Source: a virus. Taken from it: DNA of 64,000 nucleotides. Shown piece by piece: positions 19,377 through 27,803 of the stretch; the first letter of the stretch is position 1; the number at the start of each line of letters is the position of its first letter. The notes beneath the pieces were generated by a model. The model did no database searches. It worked only from the letters and a program-made list of their open reading frames with translations, and was not told where the DNA came from. Made by a program: the position numbers and the translations under genes. Where the stretch lies: IMG/VR virus record IMGVR_UViG_3300045988_179014, positions 64,001-128,000 of that record; one strand, 5' to 3'.

Positions 19377-19738
19377 TGGAGCTGACGGGATTCGAACCCG
19401 TGTCTTGACAGTCATACACTTGAAATCTACAAACATAGTGACGGTTAAAAATTTTATGATAAACCTTCCTATAACCGTCACCAAAGTGTTGGAAGGGTGT
19501 TATCACAGTCCAAATAAGCTGGTTTCTTCACAGACTGATAGAAGAGCAGCGATTCCCTGAACGACACTGGATTCACAGGAACGGGAATCAGTTTCCTGTG
19601 CCAGTGGATTACACAGCTAGGGTGTAATCATCTTGGATAGCATTGGCAGCTATTTTTGCGAGCCTGTTTTACACCTCTTACTCAAAGGTGGTTTGCCTTC
19701 ATAATGTATTTAACTTTCAATCGATACCATTCAGCCCC
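19377..19738 (-). ncRNA. ssrA: tmRNA (ssrA), ~362 nt, CCA not encoded
   Basis: 5' end GGGGCTGAATGGTATCGATTG matches E. coli GGGGCUGAUUCUGGAUUCGAC. 3' end ACGGGTTCGAATCCCGTCAGCTCCA matches GCGGGUUCAACUCCCGCCAGCUCCA. The acceptor pairs. Tag ORF after GCAAAAATAG reads GCC AAT GCT ATC CAA GAT GAT TAC ACC CTA GCT GTG TAA = (A)NAIQDDYTLAV*. Confidence 0.8.
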
Positions 19739-19756
19739 AAGACTGAGAATACATCC

Positions 19757-19784
19757 ATTATATCAACATTGGCGCAGAAGTCAA
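19757..19784 (-). promoter_or_regulatory. sigma70-like promoter for tmRNA: TTGACT-N16-TGaTATAAT (extended -10)
   Basis: Read on the minus strand: ttgacttctgcgccaatgttgatataat, about 18 nt upstream of the mature GGGG 5' end (consistent with RNase P processing). Confidence 0.6.
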
Positions 19785-19841
19785 ATGCTTGCAAGACCAA
19801 CCACACTTGCAAACAACATGATTCATTCTTGTGAAAACATG

Positions 19842-20576
19842 TCATTCATTTGTGGAAGAAGCGGATGGTGAACTGCTTGGGGCGTTAGCAGCTGCATTCT
19901 TCAAATTACGCAACATCTCTTCACCGTTAATCTTCCATTTGCCGTCAACATATGTCAATACCACAGCAGTCATTCCAGTGTTGTCAGTTCCAGTTGGCTG
20001 CTGTTGTCCATTCAACTTGAAAACTACATCCTGAAAATCAATACTGGCATGATTACCATTCATTCGTACTTTGTTTTCAGGAACGGAAACCTCTACTTTG
20101 TAGTTTTTCCCAGTTCCCGAAAGCATGGAAGATGATGCCATGGAGATAAGGTTCAAGTATGCACGGTCAGCATCGGAGGAAATATTGCTGTAATCATAAT
20201 GGTATGCCAATGGATTGAGTTCCTGAATACCATCTGCCAGCGTTTTTTGTTGTTCTTCAGTCAGACTGGCCAAAGCTTCATGAGGGTTCTTCGTTTTCCC
20301 TAGTTTTTCATAGCCTTCTTTCCCCAATGTATCCACCATTACTTTTTCCACTTTGGTGGTTGCTGCTTTTGCTTCATCGCTTTTCTCAACTAGTGTATTG
20401 TAGTATTCGTTGAGAAAATGTGATGCTCCAGCCGCGTTTTGCGTTCCGGCATCTGCTTGACTTGCACTGTTGATTGGAGCATTGGAAGTGGTGCAACCCG
20501 CAACTGTTAAAATGCCAGCAAGAAACGCTGTAGCAATCATTGTTCTGGGGTTTCTCTTTCGGATAATTCGTTTCAT
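19842..20576 (-). CDS. lipoprotein (signal peptide plus lipobox LTVAGC)
   Basis: N-terminus MKRIIRKRNPRTMIATAFLAGILTVAGCTT. Confidence 0.6.
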   Translation of the reverse strand: MKRIIRKRNPRTMIATAFLAGILTVAGCTTSNAPINSASQADAGTQNAAGASHFLNEYYNTLVEKSDEAKAATTKVEKVMVDTLGKEGYEKLGKTKNPHEALASLTEEQQKTLADGIQELNPLAYHYDYSNISSDADRAYLNLISMASSSMLSGTGKNYKVEVSVPENKVRMNGNHASIDFQDVVFKLNGQQQPTGTDNTGMTAVVLTYVDGKWKINGEEMLRNLKNAAANAPSSSPSASSTNE

Positions 20577-20788
20577 GAAGGTTTTCTCCCGTACCGTATT
20601 TTTCTTTCAAACAGTTTATCAAATCGAATATATTGAAACTGTATTGTTTGAATTTGGTATATTGTTGTTTTTGTTGAAAATTAGACGTTTTTGAGTGATT
20701 AAAAACCTGCCCAAATAATCCGAATAATGTTTCTGGATATTCAGACAGGTTTTGTTGTTTTCAAAAGTGTTGGCAATAGGACTTATTG

Positions 20789-21310
20789 TCAGGGTAGGCC
20801 ACGAGGAGCGTCACCATTCAAAACCCCTTCAATGTTTGGTTCGAAAAAGTTGGGTCCTTTCAGGATTTTTCCTAATGGTTTGGTAGTTCCGTCTGAAACG
20901 ATTGGTTTTCCATTTTCGTCCAGTTTGCTGAGATTAGATGCATGAACTTCTTGGAGAACTTTCTGAGACGGGATACCAGATTCAATGTCAAAACCTTCAA
21001 TAACGTATCGGAGGTCAGCTGTGGCATCAGCAGCAGCTACTACATCACGAGTTCCGTCATCAAGGTTTTTGGCTATACACCATGCTGCTTCCAACACATT
21101 ACTTGCGGTAGGACCATACACGGCTGCAACAAGTTCTCTGAACTCTTCTGCAATCAGTTCCATCTTCAAGTGCAGGCGTTCAGGAGGAATTACATCTGGG
21201 CGAAGTGAGGCTTTGGTGTCAGACGGGGGAACATGTTCTTTGGGATGGAAAATATCATAGAATTCCCGCACTAATTCATGTGAAGTACGATATCTTGGTG
21301 TATCAGTCAT
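20789..21310 (-). CDS. MazG-like all-alpha NTP pyrophosphohydrolase
   Basis: ELIAEEFRELVAAV ... DLRYVIEGF pattern. Start moved to the internal ATG at 21310 (GGAAGGA upstream), because the track start at 21499 overlaps the upstream gene by 67 nt. Confidence 0.5.
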   Translation of the reverse strand: MTDTPRYRTSHELVREFYDIFHPKEHVPPSDTKASLRPDVIPPERLHLKMELIAEEFRELVAAVYGPTASNVLEAAWCIAKNLDDGTRDVVAAADATADLRYVIEGFDIESGIPSQKVLQEVHASNLSKLDENGKPIVSDGTTKPLGKILKGPNFFEPNIEGVLNGDAPRGLP

Positions 21311-21432
21311 AGATGAGTTTGTCCTTCCATATGAGTCAAAAATATTGTAACGAAAACCCCACCTCGTATTTGGAAGGTGGGGTTGTGTTAATAGCAAAAT
21401 GGGGAATATGGCCACGAAAATTGAGGAAGACC

Positions 21433-22479
21433 TTATTTGAGCAGACTTGCTATATCCATTAGAACTCGGTGGTCCGTGTTTGCATTCGCTGAAGTACAAC
21501 GAATAATATAATCCAAAGCCTGATTGATGGTCATGGCAGGAATATTACCCGGCCAGTAGACATTGTTGATAATAGCTGAACCTGAATCCGTAGGCATGAA
21601 AACCACAATAGCTTCAACATTCATCTTGGGGAAGAACTTTTGGAATCGTTCTTTGGCCATTTGCATGTTTTTGGTCATGGTTCTAGGTTTGTCCACCAGA
21701 TTCTTGGTAGCATTATCCACACAATAGAGTTTGGACCCATTATTGGTGTAAGTCACATCCCCAGACTTGTAAAACTTGGTATCCACAAGAATAATGGTGT
21801 TTCCATTGACTAGAATGCAGTCAATGTCCGTTTTGAATTTAGGGTCAGGTTTACGGATTGCAATTTCTGACGGCATGGCAACAGACCAGAAACTATGAAC
21901 CGTTTGAATGATACCATATCGAAAATCGGAATAATCAATCTTCTTAATACGTGCAGTAATCGCCAATGCCTTTGCAAAATTCGTTTCGCCCATTTGCCCC
22001 ATTTGTACACTGGACTGAGAAAAATTGGATGCATTAAGTCCACAACCAGGAACACCACGCATGTTCCTTACAGTATGGGTACTTGGCAGAGCAACGGTTT
22101 CCAGACAATGCGGTTCATAACCTGTTGAAATACCAGGATTAGTCGCTTTGTGAATGATGTTCTGACTCTGCGGCTCACCAGAAACCGTAGTGTTGGTTTT
22201 TGAAGAAAGGTCAATTAGGGCCTTTCTTCCTCTGAAAAGATTAAACAGAGGGAAAATGCGTATGGTACTGTGAAGCACATATCGTACAAATACCGCCAGA
22301 AGCACAGCCAGAATCAATCCAGTGTTAACGGAATGTCCAAATATGGCAAAGAGCAATGCAAATCTCCATGCTAGCATCCAAACCATTTTCAACAACTGCA
22401 TATGTTCCCCCTTAGGTATGGTTTTATTATAGCAGGTTACGTTAACAATGGTCAAAATAACAATCAAAATATTCGTCAA
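21433..22479 (-). CDS. membrane protein with NERD-like nuclease-related domain
   Basis: Two N-terminal TM helices; DIDCILVNGNTIILVDTKFYKSG resembles the NERD core. Confidence 0.5.
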   Translation of the reverse strand: MTNILIVILTIVNVTCYNKTIPKGEHMQLLKMVWMLAWRFALLFAIFGHSVNTGLILAVLLAVFVRYVLHSTIRIFPLFNLFRGRKALIDLSSKTNTTVSGEPQSQNIIHKATNPGISTGYEPHCLETVALPSTHTVRNMRGVPGCGLNASNFSQSSVQMGQMGETNFAKALAITARIKKIDYSDFRYGIIQTVHSFWSVAMPSEIAIRKPDPKFKTDIDCILVNGNTIILVDTKFYKSGDVTYTNNGSKLYCVDNATKNLVDKPRTMTKNMQMAKERFQKFFPKMNVEAIVVFMPTDSGSAIINNVYWPGNIPAMTINQALDYIIRCTSANANTDHRVLMDIASLLK

Positions 22480-22772
22480 ACCATGAAACTTTTGTTATAC
22501 AATTGGATTCATTGAAACAACATGTGTGTATCAGAGACTATTAGAATTTGACTTGTTACCAGATTGTTTGATGTTTCTCAAAAACACTATGAAAGGTTCT
22601 ATTTGGCTTCCACAATTTTTAAGATAATACTAATATGGTTTAAGTCTTATACTTAAAGAATCGATTTACGGCTATTTATTGAACAAGAGTATCCATACAT
22701 TGCATCATTTACCGGATAGTGGCTTTTCGTCTCATTCTCGTTTTTGCCGTTGTAATTGATAACGAATTGATT

Positions 22773-23363
22773 TCACAATCCTTTTTTATCATCAAGCATT
22801 AACGTTTTGGGTCTTGGGCCATTCCAAGGCGGTAGTTGCGGATTTGCTTCATTTTGTGGAAATCGTGGAATCAAATACGCATGAATATGGGATATGGTGT
22901 TACTCAGAATGGCCAAGTTGACATGTTCCGTCTGAGTGGCTTGTTCCGTCTGAGTGGCTTGTTTGATTACTTTCATGGTTTGTTGTATCTCAGCCATGAA
23001 AGTATTTAAAACAGATGTGTCCAATTCATCTAATGATTCATGATGTTGTGTTAATCGAAGAATACATCTACCCGAGAATCTGTCATCATCATATAAACCC
23101 AATATACTGTTCTGGTATTTCCAAATGGGATGATAAAGTACGAATCTACAGTGGTCACATGGAGTGTCTGAAATCATCATTGAACCTTGGGTAGTGAATG
23201 CCTGTGGTTGAAATTGTTGGCCCAATTCTTGTAAGGACACCAAGAGAAATGATTGTTTGATGCGAATGGATATGTGATAGCAGCGGATACCCCGTGGAGA
23301 AACGCGCAAAGTTTGATGCGACACAACGCTAATTGAAAAGCTCGGTTCTGTGCATGACGCCAT
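22773..23363 (-). CDS. HIT-like (histidine-triad-like HIHAY) protein; possibly the downstream part of a frameshifted gene
   Basis: SHIHAYLIPRF resembles an HxHx(Q/Y) HIT/GalT-type motif. Overlaps ORF 23177..23509 in another frame. Confidence 0.4.
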   Translation of the reverse strand: MASCTEPSFSISVVSHQTLRVSPRGIRCYHISIRIKQSFLLVSLQELGQQFQPQAFTTQGSMMISDTPCDHCRFVLYHPIWKYQNSILGLYDDDRFSGRCILRLTQHHESLDELDTSVLNTFMAEIQQTMKVIKQATQTEQATQTEHVNLAILSNTISHIHAYLIPRFPQNEANPQLPPWNGPRPKTLMLDDKKGL

Positions 23364-23509
23364 TGTGCCAATTTCTCGAACTCTTCATCCAATGCGGTCA
23401 CGAGCTGTTCATGAGGCAGGTTTGGATTAGGCCATGATAATTCAGGTGGCGGAACAGGCTGAATAGGGGCATTCTTTGCAAAACTGTGTAACCATGTCAT
23501 AATACTCAT
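23177..23509 (-). CDS. ORF overlapping 22773..23363 in a different frame; possible N-terminal part of the same gene (frameshift) or an independent small gene
   Basis: 110-aa ORF; a 187-nt overlap with the HIT-like ORF is unusual in this compact genome. Confidence 0.3.
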   Translation of the reverse strand: MSIMTWLHSFAKNAPIQPVPPPELSWPNPNLPHEQLVTALDEEFEKLAQWRHAQNRAFQLALCRIKLCAFLHGVSAAITYPFASNNHFSWCPYKNWANNFNHRHSLPKVQ

Positions 23510-23584
23510 ATAACCATTTTACGACATGACATGGTTGAGAAAAAGTAATGGGACCCAAGAGTATTCTCATTAGGTCCCGTATAG

Positions 23585-23658
23585 TTGCGGAGGCAGGATT
23601 TGAACCTGCGACCTCCAGATTATGAGCCTGGCGAGCTACCGAACTGCTCCACTCCGCT
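23585..23658 (-). tRNA. tRNA-Met/Ile2 (anticodon CAT)
   Basis: Acceptor agcggag/ctccgca (A1:A72 mismatch), D gagc/gctc, anticodon loop ctCATaa, T-loop ttcaaat. Confidence 0.7.
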
Positions 23659-23936
23659 ATGTGTTGTTAACAATATCAATATACTCAATATACTGAATAC
23701 AAAAGACATTGTATCAAAAGTACACAAATCCGTGTTCATGTTGAAGTTGTTGGTGAGGGGTGATGGGCTTGCACCATCATCTCTCAACAGTCCACTTTCT
23801 AGTGCGTTGAGCGGATTGTCTTTTCCGGAACTGGGTTAATTACTCCCAATTCGGCCCGGAAACACCTGTCCTAACTCCTGCATGTCTTATGCGCACTCAA
23901 CACGCAGCGATTGGACCAGCTTATCCCAACCCCTCG

Positions 23937-24024
23937 CGGAAGCGACACGATTCGAACGTGTGGCCTCTAAGAAAGAGACTCTGGTTTTCGAAACCAGCGC
24001 AATAAACCTCTCTGCCACGCTTCC
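23937..24024 (-). tRNA. tRNA-Ser (CGA), long variable arm
   Basis: Acceptor ggaagcg/cgcttcc, anticodon stem-loop ctggt-ttCGAaa-accag, long variable arm, T acacg-ttcgaat-cgtgt. Confidence 0.7.
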
Positions 24025-24098
24025 AAAATGTCAGGTTATCCCAAACAAATAAATTGTACCATATTATTCCAGTTCTACAACAGATGTTACTATAAAAC

Positions 24099-24584
24099 TC
24101 AAAAATGTGTTTCAAGTTGTCGCACTTTGATACCCACAGTCTTGAACATACGCTGTGCTGCTATGAACTCCCACCTGTTCCAATCAGGTTCAACAGCATA
24201 CACTACTTCTCGAATACCAACTTGGATGATTTCCTTGGCACATTCATTACACGGATACAAAGTCACATAAATGGTGGCATCTGTGAACTCGCGTAACGAA
24301 CCCCGAAAATTCAAAATAGCATTACGTTCTGCATGCACCACATATGGATACTTGTTCTCCAATGGGTCAGTCTCAGTTTTACACCACGGAAAGTCATGGT
24401 CATCAAACCCGTTAGGAGCGCCATTGTAGCCAATTGTGAGAATACGACGGTCCTGAGTCACCACACAGGCTCCTACTTGGGTTACAGGGTCTTTGGAGCG
24501 CTTCCCAGCTACCTCAGCCATCGCCATGAAAGTTTCATCCCATGTAGGAACTGTTTTACGAGCTTTACTCATCATTCCATCCAA
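24099..24584 (-). CDS. dCMP deaminase (cytidine/deoxycytidylate deaminase family)
   Basis: HAERNAI (zinc His/Glu) and PCNECAKEI (PCxxC) motifs. Confidence 0.8.
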   Translation of the reverse strand: MDGMMSKARKTVPTWDETFMAMAEVAGKRSKDPVTQVGACVVTQDRRILTIGYNGAPNGFDDHDFPWCKTETDPLENKYPYVVHAERNAILNFRGSLREFTDATIYVTLYPCNECAKEIIQVGIREVVYAVEPDWNRWEFIAAQRMFKTVGIKVRQLETHF

Positions 24585-25315
24585 CCGTAATTTTCAGAAT
24601 CAGTGGATTTATGTACTAATGAAAATAAAACACCAGTATATTCCAAAGTATTGTCACGTTTGCTTCCGTCAAAATGGAAGAATTTATGCACCAATGCAGC
24701 TAGAGTGATGTATGCTTCTTCCACAGTTTTACCATATGCGTTCAACTGTGGATTGTAGTAATGATTGGTGTATTCAGGAGCTATGTGTTCGCCAGCTTCC
24801 ACTTCCCACATATGGGGTTGATTGTTATGAGATGGGACAGGGAACAATTCCACCTGACGAGCATAGCCATTTTGATTCCAGCGCCAAGTAGATTGATTCT
24901 TGTCTCTAGTCCAAAAAGCTGGATGTTGGTCAATGAAACCATATGCTTTGAGAAAATCAGTAGGGTCTTTCTCCCACTCAGACGCCAACTCTAAAAACAT
25001 CTGATACTGATAACGTAATATTTGTTCTCTTTGCTGGTCAGTTACGGTAAAGCATAAACTCGTTCCATCAGTTTTCGTGGCTGGAGCATAGATACGTTGT
25101 TGGTCATGTTCAACTTCTGGGAGAGTCTCTGCAAATGCAAAATTCAGGTCTTTGGATACTGCCCAAGCATAGGCTTCAATAAATGTGTCAAAGTGTTTCC
25201 CAGAAATTGTATACTGTCCGTCCACGTATTCTAGATGTTGAATGGGGCGTGGAGTCGGAACCAAAGACCTCATCCACTCAGGAAGTTCAGGCAAAATCTC
25301 TTTGTTATCAGTCAT
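24572..25315 (-). CDS. hypothetical protein
   Basis: 247-aa ORF; 13-nt overlap with the dCMP deaminase gene. Confidence 0.5.
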   Translation of the reverse strand: MTDNKEILPELPEWMRSLVPTPRPIQHLEYVDGQYTISGKHFDTFIEAYAWAVSKDLNFAFAETLPEVEHDQQRIYAPATKTDGTSLCFTVTDQQREQILRYQYQMFLELASEWEKDPTDFLKAYGFIDQHPAFWTRDKNQSTWRWNQNGYARQVELFPVPSHNNQPHMWEVEAGEHIAPEYTNHYYNPQLNAYGKTVEEAYITLAALVHKFFHFDGSKRDNTLEYTGVLFSLVHKSTDSENYGWME

Positions 25316-25472
25316 ATTTCCTACTTAGACATGTTCTGGCACACAATCAGTTTAACCAATTTTTAATGTTGAAATTTGTGGAACAATCAACACCAATCAG
25401 ACACAGTAACAGGATGGAACAGTTGATGGTTCGTTTAACATCAAACCATATGTCTATATGATTTATATGGCT

Positions 25473-25521
25473 AAAAAACGACAAAAACTCCCATTATGTC
25501 TCAATTAATACATAATGGGAG
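25473..25521 (-). terminator. rho-independent terminator at the end of the tRNA array (11-bp stem ctcccattatg/cataatgggag plus U-tract)
   Basis: The minus strand reads the hairpin followed by tttttgtcgtttttt. Confidence 0.6.
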
Positions 25522-25625
25522 TCATAAATATTGCTACAACAATTAAACCTACCCACCATGTTTCATGAGGTAGGTAGTAATTGTTGTTTGTTGTATTTGC
25601 TAAACAACAGAGAACACGTAAGATT

Positions 25626-25700
25626 GGTATTTTAACGTGCTACCATTACACCAAGGTCCCATGTAGTGGAACCTGTAGGAATCGAACCTACACCTTTCCG
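25626..25700 (-). other. permuted or fragmented tRNA-like element: 3' part (anticodon arm + T-arm + acceptor 3' strand) directly followed by a matching 5' part (acceptor 5' strand + D-arm)
   Basis: On the minus strand: ttcct-tttgaac-cggaa aggt gtagg-ttcgatt-cctac aggttcc a, then ctacat, then gggacct tg gtgt aatggtag cac g. The strand gggacct pairs with aggttcc. Confidence 0.35.
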
Positions 25701-25860
25701 GTTCAAAAGGAAGTAACCAATCTCCCACATCTGTTGATAGCATCAGTCCAGGAATCAATCCTTACCATTATAGGAGTTAGACTGAACTATTCAATTGTAT
25801 AAATTATATCATACATATACTTTTAGAGTATGAGTTCCATAGAGTATCTATCTATTGATG

Positions 25861-25934
25861 ATGATTTTAGTAGCTGAGGAGGGATTCGAACCCTCGACCT
25901 TACGATTATGATTCGCATGCTCTAACCAACTGAG
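25861..25934 (-). tRNA. tRNA-Met/Ile2 (CAT)
   Basis: ggctgag ta gctc agttggttagagc, anticodon tgcga-atCATaa-tcgta, T gaggg-ttcgaat-ccctc, acceptor 3' ctcagct a. Confidence 0.7.
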
Positions 25935-25966
25935 CTACTCAGCCAAGCGTGAGTTGAATTCTATAT

Positions 25967-26040
25967 TATGTTATTGCGCCCTTGGCAGGATTTGAACCTG
26001 CGACCTTTTGCGTCGGAAGCAAATGCTCTATCCAACTGAG
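25967..26040 (-). tRNA. tRNA-Arg (CCG)
   Basis: gcccttg ta gctc agttggatagagc, tttgc-ttCCGac-gcaaa, T gcagg-ttcaaat-cctgc, caagggc g. Confidence 0.75.
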
Positions 26041-26144
26041 CTACAAGGGCCAACTATATACTGTATACTAATTGGAGATGTGAAATTTCCATCTGTAACC
26101 TTAACTCTACTTAAGGTTGCTACACGAATTCTATAAGAAGAGGA

Positions 26145-26528
26145 TTAGGGAACTACATCATTTTTCCGAAAAACATTAATCCAATTTTCGCGAGAACCTG
26201 TGATGATGCCCTCGGAAAGCAATCTATCTACTTCTTCACTAATCCTTGCATCTCGTACTTGTGCTTTATGAATTGTCTCATAAGAACGGATATCATCAAT
26301 GGTTGGGGCTACATCTGATGCATAATCCCCACCTCGCATGAATGAATCTGACTGGATGGTTTCTACATTGAAAATTTGCCTGATTTTTTCATCAATCAGG
26401 TAGTGGTCACTCACAAGGGCTAATTTTCCATTTACATATAACGCTGACCAGTCCTCAGACCCTTCATATACAACATAACTAGTCATTTTTCCTCCGCATC
26501 TGTGTAGAGCGCATGGATGTTGTAGCAA
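26145..26528 (-). CDS. hypothetical protein
   Basis: 127-aa ORF. Confidence 0.45.
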   Translation of the reverse strand: MLQHPCALHRCGGKMTSYVVYEGSEDWSALYVNGKLALVSDHYLIDEKIRQIFNVETIQSDSFMRGGDYASDVAPTIDDIRSYETIHKAQVRDARISEEVDRLLSEGIITGSRENWINVFRKNDVVP

Positions 26529-26535
26529 TATAGTA

Positions 26536-26793
26536 TTAGTTAGACTTTATTCTTCCAGAAAATTCGTTCCAAAGAGCTTCGACTTGAGCAAGATTTTTGG
26601 GACGAATATACTGACTTAGTTCGAAGCTGGGAAATGGTGTATTCATGGATAAAAATTCAACCCCAATAGCTTGACCATCAGGGTTAGCATCCAATAAAAC
26701 CTTGTCCGTTACCTGAACGCAATGCTCAGGCAATCCCGGTTTGAGAGTGACGTATAAACCATTATTACGTCTTTCTGCTTTAAAACGAGCCAT
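26536..26793 (-). CDS. hypothetical small protein
   Basis: 85-aa ORF in tandem with 26145..26528. Confidence 0.45.
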   Translation of the reverse strand: MARFKAERRNNGLYVTLKPGLPEHCVQVTDKVLLDANPDGQAIGVEFLSMNTPFPSFELSQYIRPKNLAQVEALWNEFSGRIKSN

Positions 26794-26880
26794 TATACAC
26801 CTCCTGGATTTTTAGTATTCTAGACCCATAATCGACAAAAACCACATAGAGTTCAATCCATGTGGCTGTTTGTACTATAG

Positions 26881-26951
26881 CTGGGGTAGCAGGAATCGAA
26901 CCTACATTTCCGCATCCAAAGTGCGGCGTGATGCCGTTACACCATACCCCA
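26881..26951 (-). tRNA. tRNA-Gln (TTG)
   Basis: Starts TGGGGTA and ends TACCCCAG (U1:A72, as in E. coli tRNA-Gln); anticodon ccgca-ctTTGga-tgcgg. Confidence 0.75.
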
Positions 26952-26958
26952 ATAATAA

Positions 26959-27035
26959 TGGAGCCCCCTGTGAGATTCGAACTCACGACCTTTCGCTTAC
27001 AAGGCGAATGCTCTAACCAGCTGAGCCAAGGAGGC
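26959..27035 (-). tRNA. tRNA-Thr (TGT), CCA encoded
   Basis: gcctcct tg gctc agctggttagagc, ttcgc-ctTGTaa-gcgaa, T gtgag-ttcgaat-ctcac, agggggc t cca. Confidence 0.75.
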
Positions 27036-27039
27036 ATTG

Positions 27040-27113
27040 AAGACAGAGAACAATTCGTTGATAGTAATTAATATTGTTAATTGTGAAGTAACCATCAACT
27101 TCACTTCTGTCTT
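27040..27113. repeat. ~75-nt palindromic structured element, copy A (outer stem aagacaga/tctgtctt, inner hairpin gtgaagt-aaccatca-acttcac)
   Basis: Second copy at 31593..31667 has outer stem aagataga/tctatctt (compensatory C>T and G>A). Confidence 0.6.
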
Positions 27114-27187
27114 GGAGCGGATAACGGGATTCGAACCCGTACTAACAGTTTGGAAGACTGGTGTGCTGCCTTTGACACTACATCCGC
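27113..27187 (-). tRNA. tRNA-Gly (TCC), CCA encoded
   Basis: gcggatg, anticodon cagt-ctTCCaa-actg, T acggg-ttcgaat-cccgt, tatccgc t cca. Compare E. coli Gly(UCC) loop ccTTCCAAg. Confidence 0.7.
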
Positions 27188-27346
27188 AAGCGTACTGGTT
27201 GTTTCCTGGAGCCAGTACATAAAAACCGTATCACTTTGCGACAGTGACAGGAAACACGGTCGAACCCAACACTCAGATGCGGTTGAGTTGATGATTACAT
27301 CTGTTGGTTCTTTTTTAAATCAGGTCGCAACTGACCGCACCCAATG

Positions 27347-27419
27347 TGGACCAGAAGGGAATCGAACCCTCAGCCTCTTGTCTGCCAGACAAATGCTCTA
27401 CCAATTGAGCTACCAGCCC
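27347..27419 (-). tRNA. tRNA-Ala (GGC), G3:U70
   Basis: gggctgg ta gctc aattggtagagc, tttgt-ctGGCag-acaag, T gaggg-ttcgatt-ccctt, ctggtcc a. Confidence 0.7.
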
Positions 27420-27425
27420 TTATCG

Positions 27426-27498
27426 AGCGGACAACGGGACTCGAACCCGTAACCTTTACCTTGGCAAGATAATGCTCTACCAATTGAGCTATGTCCGC
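27426..27498 (-). tRNA. tRNA-Gly (GCC)
   Basis: gcggaca ta gctc aattggtagagc, ttatc-ttGCCaa-ggtaa, T acggg-ttcgagt-cccgt, tgtccgc t. Confidence 0.75.
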
Positions 27499-27505
27499 AT
27501 AACAA

Positions 27506-27586
27506 CATTGATTGCAGAGTTTCTAAGAGCCAATGGGGGCCTTAGCGTTAGCGACGCCCATTCCCGACGCACCCTGCAATCAATGC
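27506..27586 (-). ncRNA. candidate structured RNA: 12-bp perfect closing stem (cattgattgcag/ctgcaatcaatg) around a ~56-nt GC-rich interior
   Basis: Inverted repeat seen directly; the interior contains further complementary segments (aatggg/cccatt). Lies between tRNA-Gly(GCC) and the Y-RNA-like element. Confidence 0.35.
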
Positions 27587-27606
27587 GTTACCCAACCTAC
27601 GTTGGA

Positions 27607-27715
27607 GATGAAAGATTAACACCTTATGCCACTATTGGGAATCGAACCCAAGCCGCTCCTTTTCCGAGGAGTATTCTCCCATTAAAATATGGGACACAAA
27701 GGTTAATCTTTCATG
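27607..27715 (-). ncRNA. candidate Y RNA (YrlA-like tRNA mimic): long terminal stem formed by the 5' and 3' ends enclosing a tRNA-like domain with a canonical T-arm
   Basis: On the minus strand: catgaaagattaacctttgtg ... tcccat-atttta-atggga ... ctcc-tcggaaaa-ggag ... cttggg-ttcgatt-cccaa tagtggca taaggtgttaatctttcatc. The 5' gaaagattaacc pairs with the 3' ggtgttaatctttc. No 7-bp acceptor stem and no anticodon arm, so it is not a tRNA. An Rsr/Ro60 homolog lies 2 kb away in the same array. Confidence 0.45.
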
Positions 27716-27761
27716 ATTGTTTTGGCAGTACCTATTCTGCCATTGAACTAAAACACTAAGT

Positions 27762-27801
27762 GAAGGTAACTGTCCGAAACCTGCCAATAACAGTTACCTT
27801 C
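27762..27801. other. 12-bp perfect hairpin (gaaggtaactgt/acagttaccttc, 16-nt loop) between tRNA-like elements
   Basis: Seen directly; no clear U-tract, so it is possibly a processing or structural element. Confidence 0.4.
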
Positions 27802-27803
27802 CG

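Noticed and set aside
27240-27300. Additional tRNA suggested by ggtcgaacc near 27258
   Set aside because: The flanking sequence does not form a T-stem or acceptor helix.
26780-27452. Track ORFs 26780..27037(-), 26862..27071(+), 27037..27222(+), 27150..27452(+) and similar (29321..29506, 29602..30040, 34658..34897, 35311..35724)
   Set aside because: They lie entirely over tRNA genes or structured spacers, have no RBS and have odd amino-acid compositions.
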